From: an uncultured Chloroflexia bacterium
GTDB lineage: Bacteria; Chloroflexota; Limnocylindria; Limnocylindrales; CSP1-4
Direction of reading: 5' to 3'
Assembly: GCA_963766675.1 (NCBI GenBank)
Contig: CAVYBA010000003.1
Span: 3,567 to 67,566 of the forward strand
DNA length: 64,000 bases
Position numbers and translations under genes: made by a program. Below, piece by piece: positions 29,539 to 37,826 of the stretch; within the stretch, counting starts at the first letter, position 1, and every line of letters starts with the position of its first letter. Under the pieces are notes generated by a model. That model did not search any database, was not told the DNA's origin, and saw only the letters and a list, made by a program, of their open reading frames with translations.

Positions 29539-31322
29539 CCGCCGCCGCAGGCCAGCAGCCGAACGGGGCCGCGGACCGCGTCGCCGGCGACTCCGCCCGC
29601 GACCCGGGACCGCTCGGCGGTGGACGCCTCGCCGTCTACGTTTGCCAGTGCGGCGGGAATATCGGCGACTACGTCGACACCGACCGGGTCATCGACGCCG
29701 TCAAGGATCTGCCCGGGGTGTGCGTCGCGCGGCATGCCATGTTCAGCTGCTCGGATACCAACCAGCAGGAGATCATCGACGACGTCGCGCGCGAACGGCT
29801 CGACGGCTTCGTCATGGCCTGCTGCTCGCCCAAGCTGCACCAGTTCACCTTCCGCGGAGTCGCCGGACGTGCCGGCGTGAACCCCTATCGGGTCACCCAG
29901 GTCAACATCCGCGAGCAGTGCTCGTGGACGCACACCAACGAGCCCGGCGCGGCAACGAGGAAGGCGGTCAAGCTCGTGAGCGCGGGCGTCGCGCGAGCGC
30001 GCCTGGCACAGCCGCTGGAACCGGTCGAGGTGCCGACCACCCCGCGCGTCGCCGTGATCGGCGGCGGGGTGGCGGGCATGCGCGCCGCGATCGGGCTCGC
30101 GGACGTCGGTTTCGAGGTCTGCCTGGTCGAACGCGAGGCCGAGCTGGGTGGTCAGGTCGGCCGGCTGGGCGAGCTGTTCCCGCGGCGAGTCAGCGGCCGG
30201 GCCCTCGTGGAGCGGATGCGTGCCGAGATCGCCCGCCGGCCCGGCATCTCGGTGCTGACGGGCGCGCGAGTCGTCGAGAAGGCCGGCACGTACGGCAACT
30301 ACACGATCACGATCCGCCGTGGCGACGAGACGAGCCAGGTGGACGTGGGCCAGATCGTGGTCTCGACCGGGTTCGAACCGTACGAGCCGGGGGCAGGCGA
30401 GCTCGGCTACGGCAGCCCGCGCGTGATCACCCTGCCCCAGTTCCGGCGGCTGCTGGACGAAGGCGAAGGTCCGCTCGTCCACGACGGGAAGCCCGTTCGG
30501 ACGATCGCGTACATCTACTGCGTCGGCAGCCGGGGCGCCGATCGCGCCTACTGTTCGCGCTACTGCTGCAGCGCCGCAGTCCACGCCTCGCTGCTCATCG
30601 TCGCCCGGGACCCGGAGGTTCGCCAGTACCACCTCTACCGCGACCTGCGGACCTACGGTCGCAATGAGGCGATGTTCAGCGAGTCCCGCAAGCACGGTTC
30701 GGCCTACCTGCGCTTCGCCGACGACGACCCGCCGGAGGTGACGATCGACGGGGACGCGGTTCACGTGACCGTGCGCGACCTGCTGACGGCGGGCGAGGAG
30801 ATGACGGTCACGGCCGACCTGCTCGTGCTGGTGACCGGGATGGTTCCCCGCGAGAACGTTGAGCTGGTGGGCGTGCTCAAGCTCCCGGTCGGTCGCGACG
30901 GCTTCTTCAACGAGATCCACACCAAGCTGCGGCCGGTCGAGACCGTGGTCGATGGCGTCCTGATCGCCGGGGCCTGCCAGTCGCCCAAGACGTCCGCCGA
31001 GAGCGTCGGCTCAGGGCTGGCCGCGGCGGCCCAGGCGGCCGCCGTGCTCAAGCGGGGCGTGGCCTCGCTGCACCCCCAGGTGGCGATCGTCGACCCCGCG
31101 CGCTGCGACGGCTGCGGCGAGTGCGTGACGGCCTGCCCGTTCAACGCGATCGAGATCCGCGGCAACAACGGTTCCAGCGTGGCCAATGTCGTGGCGGCGG
31201 GCTGCAAGGGCTGCGGCGCGTGTGCACCCGTCTGTCCGACCGGCGCGATCGATCTCCAGGGCTACAGCGATGCCGAGATGCGCGCGACGATCGTCGGCCT
31301 CCTCACGGAGGTGGCCTCATGA
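29535..31322 (+). CDS. hdrA: Second HdrA-family subunit (N-terminal Fe-S domain, FAD domain, C-terminal 2x[4Fe-4S]; QmoB-like arrangement)
   Basis: VYVCQCGGNI, ACCSPKLH, NIREQCSW, VIGGGVAG, YCVGSR..YCSRYCC, CDGCGECV..CP, CKGCGACA..CP. Confidence 0.92.
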   Translation: MTAAAGQQPNGAADRVAGDSARDPGPLGGGRLAVYVCQCGGNIGDYVDTDRVIDAVKDLPGVCVARHAMFSCSDTNQQEIIDDVARERLDGFVMACCSPKLHQFTFRGVAGRAGVNPYRVTQVNIREQCSWTHTNEPGAATRKAVKLVSAGVARARLAQPLEPVEVPTTPRVAVIGGGVAGMRAAIGLADVGFEVCLVEREAELGGQVGRLGELFPRRVSGRALVERMRAEIARRPGISVLTGARVVEKAGTYGNYTITIRRGDETSQVDVGQIVVSTGFEPYEPGAGELGYGSPRVITLPQFRRLLDEGEGPLVHDGKPVRTIAYIYCVGSRGADRAYCSRYCCSAAVHASLLIVARDPEVRQYHLYRDLRTYGRNEAMFSESRKHGSAYLRFADDDPPEVTIDGDAVHVTVRDLLTAGEEMTVTADLLVLVTGMVPRENVELVGVLKLPVGRDGFFNEIHTKLRPVETVVDGVLIAGACQSPKTSAESVGSGLAAAAQAAAVLKRGVASLHPQVAIVDPARCDGCGECVTACPFNAIEIRGNNGSSVANVVAAGCKGCGACAPVCPTGAIDLQGYSDAEMRATIVGLLTEVAS

Positions 31323-31552
31323 GTCGTGAGATCCGCGAAGTGATCCGGGATGAGCCCTTGATGCGCGATCGCCTCCTCGCGCTGCTGGCCGGCGGTCCGC
31401 TGACGGTGTCCGAGCTGGCGACGGCCGCGGACCTGCCGGCGGAGGAGGTCATGGTCTGGATGATGGGTCTCCGCCGGTTCGGTCTTGTCGCCGAGGAGAA
31501 GGCGACCGCGCGTGCCACCGAGTACCGCTACGCCGCGGTGAGGCAGCCGTGA
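31319..31552 (+). CDS. Small winged-helix protein inside the hdr operon
   Basis: 77 aa, ATGA/GTGA overlaps on both sides; GPLTVSELA.AADL...EV..W.MGLRRFGLV. Confidence 0.7.
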   Translation: MSREIREVIRDEPLMRDRLLALLAGGPLTVSELATAADLPAEEVMVWMMGLRRFGLVAEEKATARATEYRYAAVRQP

Positions 31553-31848
31553 GCATCGCGATCAGCGACCGCCTGGAGCGAGAGCTGCGCGCGCTCGGGC
31601 CATTCGACGCGGCGGCGTGCATGAACTGCGGCTTCTGCAGCGCGGCCTGCCCGATGGACATCGACGTGCTGCCGCGGCGCGTGTTCCGCCACGTGCTGTT
31701 CGGCATGGACGGCGCGATCCGGGCCGAGAGCGAGGCCGTGTTCATGTGCCTCCTCTGCCGGGTCTGCGAGCAGAGCTGCCCGGCAGGAGTGCACATCACC
31801 GACAACATGCGCCTGCTGCGCGGCTGGCTGCTCCGGGAGGGATCGTGA
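31549..31848 (+). CDS. HdrC-like 2x[4Fe-4S] dicluster protein
   Basis: CMNCGFCSAACP and CLLCRVCEQSCP. Confidence 0.88.
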   Translation: MSIAISDRLERELRALGPFDAAACMNCGFCSAACPMDIDVLPRRVFRHVLFGMDGAIRAESEAVFMCLLCRVCEQSCPAGVHITDNMRLLRGWLLREGS

Positions 31849-32864
31849 TGGCGCTGCCGACGCGTGAGGTCGTGGGCATTCTCGTCGACAACCTGCGGAT
31901 CCGGGGATCGGTGCTGCCGATCCCGGTCCGACAGGCAACGCGCTGGGCCCGGGAGCTCGACCTGCCGCGCGGTGGCGAGACGGTCCTGTACACGGGACTC
32001 ATGTATCAGCTCATCCCGTACATCGAACGCCTCGTCGCCCTCGAGCAGCGTCTGGGCAACACCCCCCTCGCCCGCCTGGCCGGCATCGGCCGGCGGGTGA
32101 ACCGGCTGGTCAACGGCGTCGCGTTCGTTGCCCGGCCATCGGCCCGGGAGCGAGCCGAGTACGACCGCATCCCGGCCAACGTCGCGCGCCTCCTCCAGCG
32201 AGCGGGGGTCGAGTTCGGCTACCTGTACGAGGACGACCTGTACGCAGGCGCGCTGGCCTACGACCTTGGCGCGATCGAGGCGGTGACTGCCCACGCTCGG
32301 CGGGTGGCGGCGCGGCTTCGTGCGCGCGGCGTGCGCGAGGTCATCACGATCGATCCCCACACGACCAACATGCTGCGCAGCGTGTACCCGACCCTCCTCG
32401 AGGGCTACGACATCCGGGTGCGCAGCTACCTCGAGGTGCTCGCCGAGCGCGACCTGCCGTCCCTCGCCCCGAACGCCGGACGGGTCGTCGTCCACGACCC
32501 GTGCGTGTACGCACGCTACGAGCACGTGATCGAACCACCCCGCAAGCTGCTCGCCGCGGCCGGAATCCAGACCGTCGAGCCCGAGGACGGGCGCGAGCAG
32601 ACATGGTGCTGCGGCGGCCCGGCCGAGGCGCTGTTCCCGGACAAGGCCGCTGCAGTGGCAGCCTCGCGGGTCGCCCAGCTCCGTGGTGTCGCCGCCGAGT
32701 GCGTGACCATGTGTCCGATCTGCCTGGTCAACCTGCGCAAGTCGGCCGATGGCATGCGCTTCCGCGACATCTCGGACTACCTGGTCGAAGCGAGCGCGCG
32801 ACCTGTGGCCGCGAGCCCGACCATCACCACGCCGGAGCCCTCGCCGGCGCTCATCGGGAGGTGA
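31848..32864 (+). CDS. HdrD/HdrB-like CCG-domain (Fe-S)-binding protein
   Basis: ATG 31848 overlaps hdrC stop; HDPC, WCCGG, TMCPIC in the C-terminal CCG domain. Confidence 0.88.
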   Translation: MALPTREVVGILVDNLRIRGSVLPIPVRQATRWARELDLPRGGETVLYTGLMYQLIPYIERLVALEQRLGNTPLARLAGIGRRVNRLVNGVAFVARPSARERAEYDRIPANVARLLQRAGVEFGYLYEDDLYAGALAYDLGAIEAVTAHARRVAARLRARGVREVITIDPHTTNMLRSVYPTLLEGYDIRVRSYLEVLAERDLPSLAPNAGRVVVHDPCVYARYEHVIEPPRKLLAAAGIQTVEPEDGREQTWCCGGPAEALFPDKAAAVAASRVAQLRGVAAECVTMCPICLVNLRKSADGMRFRDISDYLVEASARPVAASPTITTPEPSPALIGR

Positions 32865-32867
32865 GCG

Positions 32868-33371
32868 ATGCATGCCCTGTCCGCCGTCTCGCATGAGCAC
32901 CACGTGCTCCTGCGCGACTACGTCAACCGGCTGTACGCCCTCGCCGACTGCCTGTGCTCGGACTGCCTCGATACCGTTGGGGCGCTGGCCGGCCTGGCCG
33001 CGCTGCGCGATCTCGAGGACGGCCTCCGGGAGATGTTGATCCCGCACATGGACGCGGTCGAGGCGGCCGTCTACCCGACCCTTGAACGGATCATGGACGA
33101 TCGCCAAACGAGCGTCCCGATGCGCGATGAGCACGAGGAGATTCGCAGGCTCGTCGCCAAGCTGGGTGAGATCGTCGATGCCGCCGACGGTCACCTCGAC
33201 CGGGGCAGCGTGCTGGCGCTGCGGCGGGTGATGCTCCGCCTGCACGTCCTTCTCCGGACGCACCTCGACGAAGAGGAGCTGTACCTGCCGATCCTCGAGG
33301 ACCGAATGTCCCCCGAGGGCGAGTCGGCCCTGGCCCGGGCCCTCGACCACGTGGCCACCGCTCGCCTATAG
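32868..33371 (+). CDS. Hemerythrin (HHE cation-binding) domain protein
   Basis: HEH..L, HMDAVE..VYP, EHEEI, HLDEEEELYLP. Confidence 0.82.
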   Translation: MHALSAVSHEHHVLLRDYVNRLYALADCLCSDCLDTVGALAGLAALRDLEDGLREMLIPHMDAVEAAVYPTLERIMDDRQTSVPMRDEHEEIRRLVAKLGEIVDAADGHLDRGSVLALRRVMLRLHVLLRTHLDEEELYLPILEDRMSPEGESALARALDHVATARL

Positions 33372-33557
33372 GAGGTCCCGGGTCCGGACCGTCGTCACGA
33401 ACAGCGGGCCGTTCGGCACCTGCGGAACGCCGTCGCCGCGAGGCAGTCTCTTGGCGTGGCCCGGCCGTCCGGCGCCGCACGCAGTCAAGAGGAGAGGTTC
33501 CGTGGTCGTACCTGGAGCGGCTGTGGCAGCCGTCGTGGTGAAGAAGTTGGTCGTGCG

Positions 33558-34379
33558 ATGACCGTCGTCGCCACGGTGTTCGAGGCCTCGTTCGACGGCT
33601 CAGAGGGCCGGGTCTTCTACCGGCGCTGGGATCCAGAAGGCCCTCCGACTCGGATCGTGCTGTTCGTCCATGGCTATGCGGAGCATGGGGGCAGGTACGG
33701 CCACGTCGCGATGGCGTTGACCCGGCGCGGGGCCGTCGTGTACGCCGACGATCATCTGGGTCATGGTCGTTCCGACGGCGAGCGGGCGCTGATCAGCGAC
33801 TTCGAGCACGTCGACGACGACCTGCATACGCTCGCCGGCATCGCCCGCGGCGAGCATCCGGGCCTGCCACTGGTCCTGGTCGGACACTCGATGGGAGGTC
33901 TGCTCGCGGCACGCTATGCCCAGCGCTGGCCTGACGAGGTGGCAGGTGTCGCGTTCTGTGGGGCGGTCATCGGCGACTGGCAATGGGCCCGCGAGGTGCT
34001 GCGACGGCCCGATCTCCCGTACGTTCCCTTCGACCCGGAGGCGATCTCCCGGGATCCGCGGGTGGGCGCGTCCTATGCCGCAGACCCACTCGTCTACCAC
34101 GGCCAGTACAGGCGCAGGCTGCTCGAAGCCGAGGTGGCAGCCCTCGACCGCTTCCATCAGGACAACGGTCGTCTGACCATGCCCGTGCTGTTCCTCCACG
34201 GAACCGCTGACCCGTGCGTGCCGTACGAGCGGTCCCTCCAGGCGGTCCGTGACATGCCGACCGACGACCTGACCGTCCACGTGTACCCGGGCGCTCGACA
34301 CGAGGTCCTGAACGAGACCAACCGCGACGAGGTGATCGGGCACCTCTCCGCGTGGATCGACCGAATCTCGTCAACCTGA
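33558..34379 (+). CDS. Alpha/beta hydrolase, lysophospholipase (S33) family
   Basis: VHGYAEHGGRY, DHLGHGRS.G, GHSMGG, HGTAD, YPGARHE. Confidence 0.92.
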   Translation: MTVVATVFEASFDGSEGRVFYRRWDPEGPPTRIVLFVHGYAEHGGRYGHVAMALTRRGAVVYADDHLGHGRSDGERALISDFEHVDDDLHTLAGIARGEHPGLPLVLVGHSMGGLLAARYAQRWPDEVAGVAFCGAVIGDWQWAREVLRRPDLPYVPFDPEAISRDPRVGASYAADPLVYHGQYRRRLLEAEVAALDRFHQDNGRLTMPVLFLHGTADPCVPYERSLQAVRDMPTDDLTVHVYPGARHEVLNETNRDEVIGHLSAWIDRISST

Positions 34380-34389
34380 CCGTTCCCGG

Positions 34390-34421
34390 GGCTGCCGTCG
34401 CTGTCAGACGCGACGGCAGCC
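34390..34421. terminator. 12-bp stem hairpin between convergent genes
   Basis: GGCTGCCGTCGC-N8-GCGACGGCAGCC; no U-tract. Confidence 0.55.
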
Positions 34422-34489
34422 GCGAGCGGTCGAGGGCGATGAGCCGCCTGGCAACGGACTCGTCCCGGTCGAAATCTGGGTGGTGACGG

Positions 34490-34984
34490 TCACCCGCCGG
34501 CCACCGTCGCGCGGAGCATCCAGAGTGCCTTCTCGTGGATGGCGATCCGACGGGTTGCCAGGTCCAACGATGCCGCGTCTTGCGCGTTCTCGGCCAGACC
34601 GACGACCGCGCGGGCCGTTCGAACGACGACCTCGTTCGCGTCGATGAGGCGCCGGATCGTCTCCATGGCGTCCGGTGCGCCCTCCCCGTCGCTGACGGAG
34701 GCGAGGATCGCCATCTCACGGAACGAACCGGGCGCGAGGGGGCCCAGAGCGCGGATCCGCTCGGCGATCTCGTCGACGGCCGTGGCCAGTTCGAGATACT
34801 GCTCCTCGAACATCAGGTGGAGCGAGCGGAATTGCGGTCCGGTGACGTTCCAGTGGTAGCCGTGTGTCTTGAGGTAGAGGGTGTAGCTGTCGGCCAGGAG
34901 CCGCGCGAGCCCGTCGGCCACGGGGCTCGAGGCCCGGTCGGTCGCCGCCGCCTGGGTCGCCGATGTCATCGTCATCTCCTTCAC
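34490..34984 (-). CDS. dps: Dps family ferritin-like DNA protection protein
   Basis: KTHGYHWNVTGPQF.SLH..FEEQY.EL..AVDEIAERIRALG, HEK..WML. Confidence 0.95.
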   Translation of the reverse strand: MKEMTMTSATQAAATDRASSPVADGLARLLADSYTLYLKTHGYHWNVTGPQFRSLHLMFEEQYLELATAVDEIAERIRALGPLAPGSFREMAILASVSDGEGAPDAMETIRRLIDANEVVVRTARAVVGLAENAQDAASLDLATRRIAIHEKALWMLRATVAGG

Positions 34985-35040
34985 GTCTCCTGTTCTGCCG
35001 CGGTCATCTCGCGGCGGTCACCTCGCCGCGGCCCGGGGGT

Positions 35041-35292
35041 CTACGGGTGCTCGGTACCGCGCAGTTCGGCGAGCTCGGTCTCGGCCCGGCGGATCTCCTC
35101 GCGCAGCGCCGAGAGCCTCGCCTCGAGGTCATCGGCGACACCTTCCGCATCGGACCGCGCCGACCGTCGATAGCGGCGCCGGACCGGGCGATCGAATTCG
35201 TCGTACCAATCATCGGGGGCGTACCAACCCTCGCCACGCGGTGGGCCGTACCACGGTCCGCAGCCGTGCCAGCCACCATGTCCGCAACTCAT
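35041..35292 (-). CDS. Hypothetical small Gly/Trp/Tyr-rich protein with C-terminal coiled coil
   Basis: MSCGHGGWHGCGPWYG...DLEARLSALREEIRRAETELAEL; coupled to padR; GGAGG RBS. Confidence 0.6.
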   Translation of the reverse strand: MSCGHGGWHGCGPWYGPPRGEGWYAPDDWYDEFDRPVRRRYRRSARSDAEGVADDLEARLSALREEIRRAETELAELRGTEHP

Positions 35293-35702
35293 CAGTTGCC
35301 TCCTCTGCCTTGGGTGAGGCCCTCGGCCTCACCGAGAAATGCCTCGACCAGCCGTCCGCGCTCGCGCATGACGGCGATCCATTCGTTGATGGCCTGACGA
35401 CCCACCGGGGTCAGCTTGTAGGCACGCCTGGGCGCCCCGTTGTCGGCTTCCCACCGGGAGACAACCAGGCCCTCGGCTTCGAACTCCCGCAACGTGCGGT
35501 AGGCCATCCCGACGTCGACCCCGTTGGGAGCGAGACACAGGGCATTCAACTGGGCGATGAGGGCGCCGCCGTACGCCTCGCCATCGCCGACGAGGACGAG
35601 CAGGAAGGGCTCGAGCCAGCGACCGCGCCGGCCACCGGGGCGGACCCAGCCACGGTGATCGTCGTGATGATGATGAGGGTGTGGGAGAGTTTCGGCATTC
35701 AT
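35292..35702 (-). CDS. PadR family regulator with His-rich N-terminus
   Basis: HPHHHHDDH; LEPFLL.L...AYG..L, YRTLR..E.EGLV.S.W, RR.YKLT..G. Confidence 0.85.
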   Translation of the reverse strand: MNAETLPHPHHHHDDHRGWVRPGGRRGRWLEPFLLVLVGDGEAYGGALIAQLNALCLAPNGVDVGMAYRTLREFEAEGLVVSRWEADNGAPRRAYKLTPVGRQAINEWIAVMRERGRLVEAFLGEAEGLTQGRGGN

Positions 35703-35739
35703 ATGTCAACAGCATGTCAATGCCGAACGATGGTGCCCA

Positions 35740-35753
35740 GTGCCGAACGGCAC
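35740..35753. promoter_or_regulatory. Perfect 6-2-6 inverted repeat GTGCCG-AA-CGGCAC; weaker copy at 35819-35832
   Basis: In the padR/nifX-like divergent region. Confidence 0.45.
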
Positions 35754-35913
35754 GTTTCAAGCGCGCCAGCCTGCGATCGGATGGCCGAGGCAGGAACGTG
35801 CCATTGGGATGGCGCCAGAGGCCGAACGGCACCTGCGCGATGACCGCGGCGAGAGGCAGGCTCTGGTGGGTGCCCGTTGCCGGCGCCTCTTGGGCCTGGA
35901 AAGGGACATCGGT

Positions 35914-36303
35914 GTGAAGATCGCAATCGTCACGGAGGATGGGCGGACGATCAGTCGGCATTTCGGACGTGCAGCGCTGTATGCCGTCATCACCGTCGAG
36001 GACGGCACCGTGGTGGCACGGGAGATCCGTCCAAAGATCGCCCCCCACTCGGGAACCGACGACCACGCAGGACGCACCGCCGAGGGCCACACAGGGGTCG
36101 CCGCCCTTGCCAAGCACACCCAGATGATCGGCCCGATCGGAGACTGCGCCTGCGTCATTGCCGGCGGGATGGGCCAGGGCGCGTACACGCACATCACGGC
36201 CGCCGGCCTTCGACCGATCGTCACCGCCCTCAGCGACATCGATGAGGCGGCGCTCGCGTGTGCGTTCGGCGGGATCGTCGACCACGTGGAACTGCTGCAC
36301 TGA
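35914..36303 (+). CDS. NifB/NifX family Fe-Mo cofactor-binding-like protein
   Basis: KIA..TEDG..IS.HFGRA..Y, DCACVIAGGMG.GA, GLRPI. Confidence 0.85.
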   Translation: MKIAIVTEDGRTISRHFGRAALYAVITVEDGTVVAREIRPKIAPHSGTDDHAGRTAEGHTGVAALAKHTQMIGPIGDCACVIAGGMGQGAYTHITAAGLRPIVTALSDIDEAALACAFGGIVDHVELLH

Positions 36304-36370
36304 GGCGGTCTGGCACGAGCCCCGAGCTCGCCGCCCTCACCCGGCGCTCGACCCACGAGACGCACCTCCG

Positions 36371-36988
36371 ATGACCCACGACGAGCGGCGCAGCCGATGG
36401 GACGAGCGTCACCGGGGCGGCACCATCGAATCACGGGAACCCAACGCGGTCCTGGTGGGCGTCGTCGCCGGATGGGCGGCGGGGTCGGCCCTGGACGTCG
36501 CCTGCGGCGATGGCGCAAACGCGGTGTGGCTGGCGTCGCACGGCTGGCGCGTCACCGCGGTCGACTGGTCGAAGGCTGCGCTCGCCAAGGCGCGAGCGAG
36601 AGCGGAGGACGCTAAGGTAGCCGTCCACTGGGTTGACGCGAACCTGCTCGACTGGTCGCCGCGGGACACGTTCGACCTCGTCACGATCCTGTACCTGCAC
36701 CTGCCCCCCGCCGAGCGAGGCGGCGTCTACCTGGCGGCTGCCGGTGCCGTCGCGCAGGGTGGCCGGCTACTCGTCGTCGGCCACGATCGAACGAACTTGA
36801 CCGACGGCGCCGGCGGACCACAGGATGCCAACCTCCTGTTCACCGCCGGCGAGCTGGCGACAAGCCTCACGGCCGTCCACCCGGAATTCACCATCGAACG
36901 CGCGAATGCCGTCCGACGGGCGGTGTCGGCCGTGCGGGCGCCGATCGACGCGGTGCTCCTGGCACACCGCGGCAGCCGCGCCCCGTAA
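36371..36988 (+). CDS. Class I SAM-dependent methyltransferase
   Basis: RWDERH, ALDVACGDGANA.WLA..GW.VTAVDWS, FDLV..LYLH. Confidence 0.88.
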   Translation: MTHDERRSRWDERHRGGTIESREPNAVLVGVVAGWAAGSALDVACGDGANAVWLASHGWRVTAVDWSKAALAKARARAEDAKVAVHWVDANLLDWSPRDTFDLVTILYLHLPPAERGGVYLAAAGAVAQGGRLLVVGHDRTNLTDGAGGPQDANLLFTAGELATSLTAVHPEFTIERANAVRRAVSAVRAPIDAVLLAHRGSRAP

Positions 36989-36994
36989 CCCGTG

Positions 36995-37393
36995 TCAGCC
37001 GGCGAGGAGGCTGTTCACGCGGATGACCGGCGGGTGCTCGAAATGCTTCTTCACCGCGCACTGCTCGGCGGCGCGGACGGTCGCATCCGCATACTTCGCG
37101 GGGAACCCCTCCGGCAGCTCGATCGTGACCTGCACGTCGCTCACGAGGTGAGTCGCGGGGTCGACCTGCATTCGCTGCACGAGGCGAATCCCGTCCGTCG
37201 GGATCCCTCGCTGCCGGCAGAAGCCGAGCACATAGATGCCCGCACACGTGCCGATGGTCGAGAGGAACGTGGCAAAGGGAGTCGGCGCCGAACTCTCGCC
37301 GCCACCCGATGCCGGTTGATCGGTGGGAATGACGAAGCCTCCGAAATGCGCGTCGACGCGCGCCCCTCCCGGGAAGTCGATAGTCATCTCCAT
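36995..37393 (-). CDS. OsmC family protein
   Basis: IPTDQP...GG..SAPTPF..FL..IGTCAG, AEQCAVK (two Cys). Confidence 0.88.
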   Translation of the reverse strand: MEMTIDFPGGARVDAHFGGFVIPTDQPASGGGESSAPTPFATFLSTIGTCAGIYVLGFCRQRGIPTDGIRLVQRMQVDPATHLVSDVQVTIELPEGFPAKYADATVRAAEQCAVKKHFEHPPVIRVNSLLAG

Positions 37394-37501
37394 GGCACGA
37401 AACCTCTTCCTGCGTGGCAAGTCCTGCCACCTTCGCGATTGCTTGTCCGTTAGCCGGCCCCAGGGTCGGTCCTTCGTCTCGATGACGGGCACGGCCGCTC
37501 G

Positions 37502-37529
37502 ATGGATACATGCGACCGGATGTATCCAT
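37502..37529. promoter_or_regulatory. Perfect 10-8-10 inverted repeat, candidate operator between divergent osmC and DUF2892/ECF genes
   Basis: ATGGATACAT-GCGACCGG-ATGTATCCAT. Confidence 0.7.
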
Positions 37530-37596
37530 TCGGGCCGCCGCCTCGTCAGCGGGATAGGAACGGGCAGTTCGCCCGTGACATCGCGAGGACATCGTC

Positions 37597-37809
37597 ATGA
37601 AGCTCCCGACCAACGAGTCAGCCATCGATCGGATCGTCAGGATCGCGCTGGGGATGGGCCTGACCGGCGTCGCAATCGCCGGGGGCGTCGTCGCTCCCCT
37701 CCTCTACGTCGTCTGGCTCGCCGCGGCCATCCTGCTCGTCACGGGTATCGTTGGGTTCTGCCCGCTGTACGCGGTGCTTCGCATCAGCACCAGGCGGGCC
37801 ATTCGCTGA
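37597..37809 (+). CDS. DUF2892 (YgaP-like) small membrane protein
   Basis: NE..IDR.VRI..G...LLVTGIVGFCPLY. Confidence 0.88.
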   Translation: MKLPTNESAIDRIVRIALGMGLTGVAIAGGVVAPLLYVVWLAAAILLVTGIVGFCPLYAVLRISTRRAIR

Positions 37810-37826
37810 ACCAGGAACCAGACGGT

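Noticed and set aside
2008-32864. Selenocysteine read-through in mvhD, hdrA or CCG genes
   Set aside because: TGA codons are ordinary stops in ATGA/GTGA overlaps; none falls at a conserved Cys position.
713-33350. Long ORFs such as 713-2200(+), 5062-6243(-), 12223-14031(-), 14904-18386(+), 18396-20168(+), 29334-30920(-), 31449-33350(-)
   Set aside because: Antisense or off-frame shadows of recognisable genes; Arg/Gly/Pro-rich and expected at about 70% GC.
25723-33371. Methanogen-type Hdr or canonical sulfur-oxidising sHdr
   Set aside because: No two-CCG HdrB, no MvhAG, no hdrC1B1-A-hyp-C2B2 order, no lbpA or lipoate genes in the window.
35914-36303. Nitrogen fixation
   Set aside because: NifX-like domain only; no nifHDK/ENB, and the family is common outside diazotrophs.
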